A DNA stretch of 64,000 nucleotides from Candidatus Eiseniibacteriota bacterium (GTDB taxonomy: Bacteria; Eisenbacteria; RBG-16-71-46), in assembly GCA_044222065.1 (NCBI GenBank), contig JBGAOA010000015.1, forward strand, positions 763-64,762. Reading direction: 5' to 3'. A model generated the notes under the pieces. That model was given only the letters and a program-made list of their open reading frames with translations, was not told the origin of the DNA and searched no databases. The position numbers and the translations under genes are program-made. Below, piece by piece: positions 56,549 through 64,000 of this stretch (within the stretch, counting starts at the first letter, position 1; every line of letters starts with the position of its first letter).

Positions 56549-57427
56549 TCAAGGAATCGCGTACGGAACGCGGACCCGGCCAGGGCCCCGGCGGCCCGGT
56601 GGCCAATGCCGTCGCGAGCGGTTGCGGGCGAGTCCGCGCAGGCAGGCCACGAGCCCCGCCGCGGAAGCCGTCGCGAGCCCGAGCGAGATCCACAGGAAGA
56701 GCAGGCGCGGCCGATCGTAGAGCCGAGGGGTCTGAGCGCGGCGGAAGGCCTCGGGGCCGAGCACCCGACGGAAGGCGCTCACGATCGGAGCGGGCAGCTT
56801 GTCCCAGCGGATGCGGGCGCGGCGTTCGAAAGTGATCGGGTAGCCGCGATGCGTTTCGAACACCTGCGCGAACACGAGCGAGTCGTTCGCGATCTCGCGC
56901 GCCGTGGCGATCCGGCCGCCCGGCTCGCGCCACGCGAAGGCGCTGTCCGAGGGCGACACGACCGCCCAGCGGTCGCCGTCGCGGAATTCGACGAGCACGT
57001 GACGCCGGATCGGCGCGCCCGGGGCGCCGAACAGGTAGAGCTTGCGGGCCGGGATGCCGAGTTCCCAGAGCGCGTTCACGAGCACGCGCGACATCGTTCC
57101 GCAGGGCCCGAGGCTGATCCCTCCGGGAACGCTGTGTCCGCGGTGGCGCAGGCTCACGGCCGTCGAGACGTTGAAGAACGAGCGGCTCTCGAGGCGTTCG
57201 TACCAGTCGAGCGAGCCCGGGTCGATCACGTCGTTCGTGCGGCCGTAGATCGCGCGCGCGAGCGCGAGCACGGTGTCTTCGCGCGCCGGGCCGGGCGAGG
57301 GTTCGAGCGCGGTGCGGAGGAGCTGTCGCAGCGAAAGATTTCGCTCGACGGCCCGAGTGTAGAAGAACGCGCTCGCGATCAGGCAGGCGAGGCAGGCGAG
57401 AGCGAGCGCGGCGGAAAGGGCTCTCAT
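56549..57427 (-). CDS. Transglutaminase-like (Cys-His-Asp cysteine-peptidase fold) membrane protein
   Basis: N-terminal and C-terminal TM helices. The core 'GPCGTMSRVLVNALWELGIPAR ... RRHVLVEFRDGDRWAVVSPSD' matches the transglutaminase-like C...H...D arrangement. Confidence 0.55.
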   Translation of the reverse strand: MRALSAALALACLACLIASAFFYTRAVERNLSLRQLLRTALEPSPGPAREDTVLALARAIYGRTNDVIDPGSLDWYERLESRSFFNVSTAVSLRHRGHSVPGGISLGPCGTMSRVLVNALWELGIPARKLYLFGAPGAPIRRHVLVEFRDGDRWAVVSPSDSAFAWREPGGRIATAREIANDSLVFAQVFETHRGYPITFERRARIRWDKLPAPIVSAFRRVLGPEAFRRAQTPRLYDRPRLLFLWISLGLATASAAGLVACLRGLARNRSRRHWPPGRRGPGRVRVPYAIP

Positions 57428-57504
57428 GACACCGATGTCTCCAGCGGCCAGGGGACCGCCCCGACGTTACGCCCGGGGCGCCGGTCGCTCAACGCCGAAC
57501 TTCG

Positions 57505-58713
57505 TTACTCGAGGAACTTCGCGTGCAGCGCGCGGACCGCCGCTTCGGCCCGCTCCTCCGGGACGCGGAATTCGAGCGCCGTGGGGGAGGTGCGCAGCGC
57601 GAGCATCGGCACGCCGGCGCGCTCGAGCGCCGCCTCGGCCGCGCCCGCGTCGCGCGCCGAGAGCCCGAGTCCGACGACCGACACGAACGCGACGCCGTCG
57701 AGCGCCTGGAGCTTCCACTCGCCGCCCGGACCGCGCAGCTCCTTGAAGCGCTCGCCGAGCGCGCGCGCGTCCTCGGCCGAGGCGGTCCACACGAGCACGC
57801 CGTGGGCCTCGCCCGCCTGTTCGTGCGCGACGAGCACCGCCTCGGGGAAGGCCTCGGCGACCGCGTCCACGATGCCGCGCGCCTCCCCGCGCGCGCCGGC
57901 GTTGCCCTCGGCGATGACGATGGAGACTCCGGTGCGGTGCGTCACCGCGTCCACGCGCGGTCCTTCCATGTCGTCCTCCACGATGACGGTGCCCGGCGTC
58001 TCGTCGAACGACGAGCGCACGGTGAGCGGCACGCGATGGCGCGCCGCGAGGTCCACGCAGCGGGCGTGCAGCACGCGCCCGCCGAGGTGCGCGAGCGTGC
58101 TGCACGCGCGGTACGACAATCGCGGCACGACCCGCGCCTGCGGCACGACGCGCGGGTCGGCGGAGTAGACGCCGCTCACGTCGGTGTAGATCTCGCAGCG
58201 CCCCGCCCCGTCGGGGCCGAGCGCGGCCGCGAGCGCGACCGCGGTCGTGTCCGAGCCGCCGCGGCCGAGCGTCGTGATCTCCTTCGTCTCCGGATTCACG
58301 CCCTGGAAGCCCGCCACGATCACGACGCGGCCGCGGTCGAGCTCGGTGCGGATGCGGTCCGGGCGCACGCCCGTGATGCGCGCCGCGCCGTGCGCGCCGT
58401 CGGTCAGCACGCCGCTCTGGGAGCCCGTGAACGAGATCGCGTCCACACCGAGGTCGTGCAGCGCCATCGCGAGCAGCGCCATCGAGACGCGCTCGCCGGT
58501 CGTGAGCAGCATGTCGAGTTCGCGCCGGCTCGGGTTCGGCGAAACGCGCTTCGCGAGCGCGAGCAGCTCGTCCGTCGAGTGCCCCATCGCCGACACCACG
58601 ACGACCGTGTCGTGCCCGGCCGCGCGCGCGTCCGCGACGCGGCGCGCGACCGCGCGGATGCGGTCGGGTCCGTCCACCGAGGTTCCGCCGTACTTCTGGA
58701 CGACGAGCGCCAT
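57505..58713 (-). CDS. lysC: Aspartate kinase
   Basis: '[13 protein letters not shown]' N-terminus, '[16 protein letters not shown]', C-terminal ACT domains. Confidence 0.9.
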   Translation of the reverse strand: MALVVQKYGGTSVDGPDRIRAVARRVADARAAGHDTVVVVSAMGHSTDELLALAKRVSPNPSRRELDMLLTTGERVSMALLAMALHDLGVDAISFTGSQSGVLTDGAHGAARITGVRPDRIRTELDRGRVVIVAGFQGVNPETKEITTLGRGGSDTTAVALAAALGPDGAGRCEIYTDVSGVYSADPRVVPQARVVPRLSYRACSTLAHLGGRVLHARCVDLAARHRVPLTVRSSFDETPGTVIVEDDMEGPRVDAVTHRTGVSIVIAEGNAGARGEARGIVDAVAEAFPEAVLVAHEQAGEAHGVLVWTASAEDARALGERFKELRGPGGEWKLQALDGVAFVSVVGLGLSARDAGAAEAALERAGVPMLALRTSPTALEFRVPEERAEAAVRALHAKFLE

Positions 58714-58813
58714 GGACGGGAGTGATACACCGGCGGCCGAGCGCCCGGCCAGCGCGGCCCCCCGCGCGGTGCGTGTGCTAACGTTTCGCCCTCGCTCCGG
58801 AAGCGCCCGCACG

Positions 58814-59518
58814 ATGACCCGCCCCCTCTTCGCATCTCTCGCACTCGCCCTGATCGCGCTCGCGGTTCCGCGCGCCTCGGACGCCGCCGCCTACGCGCTG
58901 CGCCCGTGGCTCTCGGCCGCCGCGACGTACGCCCGCTACGACATGGGCGACGTGAACCGCGACATCGACTCGTTCAACGCGTCGCTCCTGCCGGACGATC
59001 CGAAGATGGATCGGATCGAAGGCGCGGCCGGTCTCGCGCTCGCCGCCGGCATGGACTTCCCGAACCACCTCGGCGTGCGGTTCGCCTACCAGCGCTTCCC
59101 GGCCTGGTCCGAAGTCTCGATCGGCGGAGACCGTATCGAGTACAACTTCGCGGGCAATGCGTTCATCGCGGGGGCGGAGTTCCAGGTCCCGCTCGGCGAA
59201 TCGCTCGATCTGTCGCTCGGCGGCGAGGCCGGGCTCGTGTCGCTCGCAGGCAAGGTCGGCATTGCGATCGCCGCGCTCGGTTCGGGTTCGATCGACGCGC
59301 ACGGAAACGGACCGCTGGCGGCGGGGGTGGTGCGTCTCACGAACTGGTGGGGCGATCGCTATGCGCTCGAGTTCGCCGGCGCCGTGCGCTCCGCGCGCGT
59401 CGCGCAGGTGACGACGGACCGGGACCTGATCGTGTACAACGCCGATGGCACGAAGTACTCGGTGGACTGGTCCGGAATCGGGGTCTCGGCCGCGTTCAAA
59501 GTGGCGCTTCCGTACTGA
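58814..59518 (+). CDS. Outer-membrane beta-barrel protein (OmpA-like or porin-like small barrel)
   Basis: Signal peptide '[20 protein letters not shown]', alternating amphipathic strands, C-terminal 'FKVALPY' aromatic terminus. Confidence 0.55.
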   Translation: MTRPLFASLALALIALAVPRASDAAAYALRPWLSAAATYARYDMGDVNRDIDSFNASLLPDDPKMDRIEGAAGLALAAGMDFPNHLGVRFAYQRFPAWSEVSIGGDRIEYNFAGNAFIAGAEFQVPLGESLDLSLGGEAGLVSLAGKVGIAIAALGSGSIDAHGNGPLAAGVVRLTNWWGDRYALEFAGAVRSARVAQVTTDRDLIVYNADGTKYSVDWSGIGVSAAFKVALPY

Positions 59519-59537
59519 CGCCGCGCGCCCGGCGGCC

Positions 59538-59567
59538 TTGACGGCGCCCGCGAGCCCCCGCTAGATT
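59538..59567 (+). promoter_or_regulatory. sigma70-like promoter (TTGACG-18-TAGATT) for tRNA-Gly
   Basis: TTGACG at 59538-59543 and TAGATT at 59562-59567, about 19 nt upstream of the tRNA 5' end. Confidence 0.45.
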
Positions 59568-59585
59568 CGCCGCCGCTTCACTCGT

Positions 59586-59659
59586 GCGGAAGTAGCTCAG
59601 ACCGGTAGAGCGCCACCTTGCCAAGGTGGATGTCGCGGGTTCAAATCCCGTCTTCCGCT
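59586..59659 (+). tRNA. tRNA-Gly (anticodon GCC); CCA encoded at 59660-59662
   Basis: Cloverleaf: acceptor GCGGAAG/CTTCCGC, D-arm GCTC...GAGC, anticodon stem CCACC/GGTGG with loop TTGCCAA, T-arm GCGGG TTCAAAT CCCGT. Confidence 0.85.
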
Positions 59660-59712
59660 CCATCTTCGAGGGGCCGGCACCTGCCGGCCCTTCCTCGTTT
59701 CCGGAGGTGCGC

Positions 59713-60288
59713 GTGGGCGTCGGACGTCCCGGTCCCGATCGTGAAGCGGCGGCCCGCGCGGTCGCGGACCTGATCCGCGCGCTGGGCCTCGATCCCGCCG
59801 CCGACGCCGAACTCGAGGGCACGCCCGCGCGCGTCGCGAGCCTGTACGCCGAGGCGTTCGCAGGGCTCGCCGCCGATCCGGCGCCGGATCTCGTGGCGAT
59901 GCCCGCCGGCGCCGCGGCCGATTCGCTCGTGATCGCGCGCGGCCTGCCGTTCCACTCCACGTGCGTGCACCACTTCGCGCCGTTCTTCGGGCACGCGACG
60001 ATCGCCTACCTGCCCGGCGAATCGCTGCTCGGCATCAGCGCGCTGCCGCGGCTGCTCGTCCACTACGCGCGTCGTCCGCAGCTGCAGGAGCGGCTCGGCG
60101 TCGAGATCGCGGACCACCTCGAGCGGCTCGCGCGGCCGCGCGGCGTCGCGGTCGTGCTCGAAGCCCGCCACCTCTGCATGGAGATGCGCGGCGTGAAGAG
60201 CCCGGGCGTGATCGAGACCCGGCTCGTGCGCGGCGCGCTCGCGGAGCCGCGCTGGCAGGCCGCGCTCGCCGCGCGGTCCGCCGGCTAG
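59713..60288 (+). CDS. folE: GTP cyclohydrolase I (FolE type IA)
   Basis: 'FHSTCVHHFAPFFGHATIAYLPGESLLGISALPRLLVHYARRPQLQERL' is the FolE zinc-site region. The start is taken at the GTG 7 nt after GGAGG; GTG 59707 is also in frame. Confidence 0.8.
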   Translation: MGVGRPGPDREAAARAVADLIRALGLDPAADAELEGTPARVASLYAEAFAGLAADPAPDLVAMPAGAAADSLVIARGLPFHSTCVHHFAPFFGHATIAYLPGESLLGISALPRLLVHYARRPQLQERLGVEIADHLERLARPRGVAVVLEARHLCMEMRGVKSPGVIETRLVRGALAEPRWQAALAARSAG

Positions 60289-60316
60289 CCGGACCGTCCG
60301 CCGCGGAGCCGCGCGC

Positions 60317-61075
60317 GTGCCCGCCGCGCCCACCCTCACCGCCCTCGTCGCGACGCGCGACCGTCCCGCGCTGCTGCGCGACGCGCTCGCCTCGGTCGCC
60401 GCGCAGTCGCGTGCGCCGCTCGAAGTGCGCATCGGCGACGACGGCGACGTGCCGCCGCTCGACGTCCTCGCCGACCTTCCCGGGCTCGAGATCACGGTCG
60501 TTCCCGCGCGCACCGGGCAGGCGGGCGCGACGCGCAACGCGGCGGCGGCCGGAGCGCGCGGCGACGTGCTCGCGTTCCTCGACGACGACGACCGCTGGCG
60601 CGAGGGCCACCTCGAACGGCTCGCGCGCGCGTTCGCCGATCCGGACGTGCGCATCGCGTTCGCCGACGTCGAGATCGTGCGCGAGCGCGTGGACGCCGGC
60701 GGCGCGCGCACGACGATCGAGACGCGCACGATCGCGCGCGAGTGGGACGACGTGTTGATGCGCAGCGACGCGTTCGTCGCGCCGAGCGCGCTCGCGATCC
60801 GGCGCGAGTTCTTCGAGGCGCTCGGCGGCTTCGATCCCGGATTCCGCTATTCCGAGGACTGGGACCTGCTGCTGCGCGCCGCGCGCACGAGCGTGCCGCG
60901 CCGCGTGCCGGGCATCGGTGCGGAAGTGCGGCTGCGCGAGTCGGGCAACAGTTCGGCGGACTTCGGGCCGGAGCGGCGCGCGTGCCTCGCGCGGCTCGCC
61001 GCGCGTCACGGGCTCGCGCCGCTCGAACCGAAGACGTTCTGGGAGGTCGCGGCCGTGGTCGCGACGGCGCCGTGA
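60317..61075 (+). CDS. GT2 glycosyltransferase
   Basis: 'LTALVATRDRPALL...FLDDDDRW...YSEDWDLLLR'. Confidence 0.7.
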   Translation: MPAAPTLTALVATRDRPALLRDALASVAAQSRAPLEVRIGDDGDVPPLDVLADLPGLEITVVPARTGQAGATRNAAAAGARGDVLAFLDDDDRWREGHLERLARAFADPDVRIAFADVEIVRERVDAGGARTTIETRTIAREWDDVLMRSDAFVAPSALAIRREFFEALGGFDPGFRYSEDWDLLLRAARTSVPRRVPGIGAEVRLRESGNSSADFGPERRACLARLAARHGLAPLEPKTFWEVAAVVATAP

Positions 61076-61998
61076 GCGCGCTCGAGCTGCTCGTCGTCGG
61101 CGCCGGGCCCGCCGGCGTCTCGGCCGCGCTGTGGGCGCGCACGTTCGGCCTCGCGTGCCGGGTCATCGAGGGCGACGCCTCGCCCGGCGGCCAGCTCCAT
61201 CACGTGCACTTCCATCCCGCCGAAGTCCCGGCGTGGCTCGACGGCGACGGGCCCGAGCTCTCGCGCCGGATGGCGCGCCAGCTCGCCGAGGGCGGCGTGG
61301 ACGCGCGCTACGACTGCGTCGCGGTCGGCTTCGAGCCGGCCGAGTCGGACGGTCGGCCCGCGGTCCGGCTCGCGAGCGGGGAACGCTGGGAGGCCGAGGC
61401 CGTGCTCGTCGCGAGCGGCGCGCGCCGCCGCCGGCTCGGGGTGCCGGGCGAGCGCGAGTTCGAGGGGCACGGCGTTTCGTTCTCGGCGACGCGCGACCGC
61501 GCCGCGCTCGCCGGCAAGCGCGTCGCCGTCGTGGGCGGAGGCGACGCCGCGTACGAGAACGCGCTGAAGCTCGCGGACGCAGGCTGCGCGGTGGCGCTGT
61601 TCGTGCGCGAACATCCGCGCGCGCGGCGCGAGTTCCAGCGGCGCGTCGCGGGCGAGCGGCGCATCGAGGTGCGCGAACAGTCGCGCGTGCTCGCGATCCT
61701 CGGCGACGACGCCGTGCGCGGCGTGCGCATCGCGGGGCCGTTCGGGACGCTCGAGCAGGAACTGGAGGCCGTCGTCGTGAAGGTCGGCGCGGTGCCGAAC
61801 ACGGAGTGGTGCCGCGGGCCGATCGAGGCCGACGCCGAAGGTTACCTGCTCACGGACGCGACCGGCGCGACGTCGGCGGCCTCGGTGTGGGCCGCGGGCG
61901 ACGTCACCCGGCCGTTGCTGCCGAGCGTCGGCGTCGCGATCGGCCAGGCCGCGACCGCGGTCGCCTGCATCCGTCGCGCGCTGCGCGAAGAGCGCTGA
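61072..61998 (+). CDS. FAD-dependent pyridine-nucleotide-disulfide oxidoreductase (thioredoxin-reductase-like)
   Basis: 'LVVGAGPAGVSAAL' FAD motif, 'VAVVGGGDAAYENA' NAD(P) motif, 'VWAAGDV'. GTGA overlap. Confidence 0.75.
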   Translation: MSALELLVVGAGPAGVSAALWARTFGLACRVIEGDASPGGQLHHVHFHPAEVPAWLDGDGPELSRRMARQLAEGGVDARYDCVAVGFEPAESDGRPAVRLASGERWEAEAVLVASGARRRRLGVPGEREFEGHGVSFSATRDRAALAGKRVAVVGGGDAAYENALKLADAGCAVALFVREHPRARREFQRRVAGERRIEVREQSRVLAILGDDAVRGVRIAGPFGTLEQELEAVVVKVGAVPNTEWCRGPIEADAEGYLLTDATGATSAASVWAAGDVTRPLLPSVGVAIGQAATAVACIRRALREER

Positions 61999-62008
61999 GC
62001 CGCGCGCG

Positions 62009-63547
62009 TCACGGCCGCTGCACGCGCTCCGGGCGCGTGCGCGCGCCCGCGACGGTCCAGAACTCGTCGGTCGCGAGCGGCAGGCCGCTCGCGTGCGGAT
62101 AGAACCGCCGCACGCGGTCGTACAGCCACTCGTAATCCTCGGAGTGGTCGAGCACCACGGCGGAGAAGCGGTCGGACGCGAGCGCGCGCTCGACGTCGAC
62201 GACGAAGCGGCGCGCGACCGGGTCGCGGCAGTCGCGCAGGTCGTGCAGCGCCATTTCGTGCAGGCGGGGCGGTTTGCCGGCGCGGCGCGCGAGCCAGGGA
62301 TGCGCCGTCACGTACACGTCGCCCGGGATCGCGGCGATCGCCGCGACGACGCGTTCGCCCGCGGCGCGGTCGGCGGCGGTCGGCACGTGCGGGCGCGGGT
62401 CGTAGGCGAAGAGCGCGAACTGCACGGCGAGCGCCGCGCCGCCCGCGAGCGAGAGCAGCCGACGCGGTGCGCCCGCGTCGGCGTTCACGATCGCCTCGCG
62501 CCCGAGCGTCGCTCCGAGCGCGAGGAACGGCGCGGCCGAGAGCAGCACGTTGTTCCAGCCGCCCGGGTAGAGGCGCAGCCAGAGCCCGCTCGCGAGCGGC
62601 CCCGCGAGCGCCGCGGTCCAGAAGCCGAGCGCCGTCCGCCTCGGCCCGCCGCGCCGCTCGCCGCCGGTCCCCGAGCGCAGCGCGGCGAGCGCCCCGCCGA
62701 GCGCGAGCACGAAGAGCGCGGGCAGGATCGGGAACACGTCGCGATGCAGCACCGCCGGCGCGAGCGCGCGCATCGGGTGGTGCGAGGCGGCGACCGTGTA
62801 GACGTAGAAGCGGTGCCATCCGCCCGTCGCGCGATCGAGCGCGGCCGACACCACGAGCGCCGCGGGCGCGAACCCGAGCGCGAAGCCGAGCGCGCGGCGG
62901 CGGTCCGTGAACGCGAGCCACAGGAAGAGCGGCGCGAGCGCGACGATCGCGGACTGCTTCGTGAAGAACGCGGAGGCGGCCACGAGTCCGGCCGCGACTC
63001 CGCCCGCGAGCGGCGGCAGCGGCGCGCGCAGCAGCGCGACGCTCGCGAGCAGCAGGAACGCGTACAGCGCGTCGGGGCGGCCGATGTCGAACCAGTGGCC
63101 GTGCCACGGGGCCGTCGCGGCCAGCAGCCCCGCGGCCACGAGCGCCGCGCGGGAACGTCCGGTCTCGCGGCGCGCGAGCAGGGCCACGAGCGCGAGCGTG
63201 CCGAGCGAGGCGAGCCACGACACGACGCGCAGCGCCGGCAGGCCGTCGCCGAAGACGCCTGCGAACGCGGCCGCGATCCGGAAGTACAGCGGCGGGTAGT
63301 TCAGGGCCGCGAACTCGAGCGACGGCGCCGCGTACTCCGGGAGTCCGGATCGCACGCGCGCGACCTGGTCGAGGCACCAGCCCTCCATCCACTCGAGCTC
63401 GAACGGATGGCCGGCGCGCAGCGCGACGACCGCGACGGCGCACGCGAGCGCGGCGAACGCGAGCGCCCCGAGCACGACGCCGAGCGCGTTCTCGAGCGGC
63501 GTGCCGCGCGGCGTCTCGGCCGGATCGGTGCCCATCGTCTCTCGCAT
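62009..63547 (-). CDS. GT-C-type / ArnT-PMT-like (or DUF2029-like) polytopic membrane glycosyltransferase with a C-terminal soluble domain
   Basis: 512 aa with more than 10 TM spans. It has an early loop and a C-terminal roughly 120-aa soluble tail. Confidence 0.5.
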   Translation of the reverse strand: MRETMGTDPAETPRGTPLENALGVVLGALAFAALACAVAVVALRAGHPFELEWMEGWCLDQVARVRSGLPEYAAPSLEFAALNYPPLYFRIAAAFAGVFGDGLPALRVVSWLASLGTLALVALLARRETGRSRAALVAAGLLAATAPWHGHWFDIGRPDALYAFLLLASVALLRAPLPPLAGGVAAGLVAASAFFTKQSAIVALAPLFLWLAFTDRRRALGFALGFAPAALVVSAALDRATGGWHRFYVYTVAASHHPMRALAPAVLHRDVFPILPALFVLALGGALAALRSGTGGERRGGPRRTALGFWTAALAGPLASGLWLRLYPGGWNNVLLSAAPFLALGATLGREAIVNADAGAPRRLLSLAGGAALAVQFALFAYDPRPHVPTAADRAAGERVVAAIAAIPGDVYVTAHPWLARRAGKPPRLHEMALHDLRDCRDPVARRFVVDVERALASDRFSAVVLDHSEDYEWLYDRVRRFYPHASGLPLATDEFWTVAGARTRPERVQRP

Positions 63548-63583
63548 GAGTCCTTCGTCGGCGCGGCGCGGCGGCGCGCCGCG

Positions 63584-64000
63584 TCAGCCCTGGTGCTCGG
63601 GCCGGAGCAGGTCGAGCACCGTCTTCACCGGATTGAAGATCGCGAGCGGCGCCTCGACGAACACGGTGTTCCAGCCGCGCATCGCGCCGTTCCAGAGCCC
63701 CGGGCGCTCCATCGCGAGCAGCTCGCGCCCGCCGTGCGACTTGCGCGTGAAGATCGCCGCGGCGGGATCGACGAAGCGCGCGAGGTCGTGCGGCGCGCCG
63801 TGCGCGTCGCGCAGCGCCGCGGCGAAGAACACGGGGTTGAAGTGCGTGCCGCGGCGGAACAGCGCCCGGGCGGCGGCGTCCTCGGGATCGACCTCGGCGC
63901 TCTCGACGATCTGGAGCCGCGCGCCGCCCTCGTCCTCGACCCAGAACGGCCCGCCTCCGGGTTCGCCCGTGTTCGGCACCATCGCGCACACGCGCAGCGG
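63584..64000 (-). CDS. Hypothetical protein, partial; the N-terminus lies beyond the window edge
   Basis: The ORF runs to the window end. The C-terminal sequence 'LWNGAMRGWNTVFVEAPLAIFNPVKTVLDLL' has no confident family assignment. Confidence 0.35.
   Translation of the reverse strand, partial: PLRVCAMVPNTGEPGGGPFWVEDEGGARLQIVESAEVDPEDAAARALFRRGTHFNPVFFAAALRDAHGAPHDLARFVDPAAAIFTRKSHGGRELLAMERPGLWNGAMRGWNTVFVEAPLAIFNPVKTVLDLLRPEHQG

Noticed and set aside
54070-56720. ORFs 54070-55941 (minus) and 54321-56720 (plus), overlapping the secreted-protein gene
   Set aside because: They are Arg-rich with no domain signal, and are in an alternative frame or antisense to a well-supported 751-aa gene carrying a signal peptide and a T9SS-like CTD.
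1-64000. CRISPR arrays, transposases, integrases and phage genes
   Set aside because: No spaced direct repeats, no DDE or tyrosine-recombinase-like ORFs, and no AT-rich island other than the two operon-leader regions. The locus looks like native chromosomal polysaccharide biosynthesis DNA.

Overview
This is a high-GC window (about 72% GC) carrying one very large, densely packed polysaccharide biosynthesis and export region. It is probably from a Gemmatimonadota-like or other FCB-group genome, because a gene carrying a T9SS/FlgD-Ig-like C-terminal sorting domain is present and pervasive ATGA/GTGA start-stop overlaps are the main gene-junction pattern. All calls below are made by eye from the six-frame translations; I ran no database searches.

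Gene content:
- Three Wzx-like MOP-superfamily flippases.
- A Wza/GumB-like export protein, a Wzc-like PCP co-polymerase and a separate BY-kinase-like ATPase.
- About 15 glycosyltransferases: GT4, DPM1-like GT2, and several large GT-C/ArnT-like integral membrane proteins.
- A small-type priming sugar-phosphate transferase.
- Two SAM methyltransferases and a membrane-anchored sulfatase-family enzyme.
- Nucleotide-sugar enzymes: a DegT-family aminotransferase, an SDR epimerase, an AlgD-like GDP-mannose dehydrogenase and ManC.
- A GalT-like HIT transferase and GlgA.

Two gene blocks match the accessory genes that travel with exosortase-A (XrtA)/PEP-CTERM exopolysaccharide loci:
- 22992-27393: PEP-CTERM-type polysaccharide deacetylase, hexapeptide acetyltransferase, FemAB-like protein and AsnB-type amidotransferase.
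- 49129-53997: acyl carrier protein, AMP-dependent acyl ligase, acyl-CoA dehydrogenase and two alpha/beta hydrolases.
No exosortase and no PEP-CTERM protein is visible in the window.

Other items:
- A DUF3108 protein and a deoxyhypusine-synthase-like protein form a two-gene operon with their own sigma70-like promoter.
- A cysteine-rich secreted protein with a dockerin-like motif and a T9SS/FlgD-Ig C-terminal domain sits next to a transglutaminase-like membrane protein.
- Housekeeping genes: aspartate kinase, an outer-membrane beta-barrel protein, tRNA-Gly(GCC), FolE and a thioredoxin-reductase-like oxidoreductase.

The two long EPS operons (8898-15629 and 32791-46267) each begin with a lower-GC intergenic region. 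Each has a recognisable TTGACA/TATAAT-like promoter and a structured leader of about 250 nt. Each leader ends in a terminator-like hairpin directly upstream of the first start codon.

I saw no CRISPR array, rRNA, transposase or integrase. The many Arg/Ala-rich ORFs in the six-frame track are high-GC artefacts.
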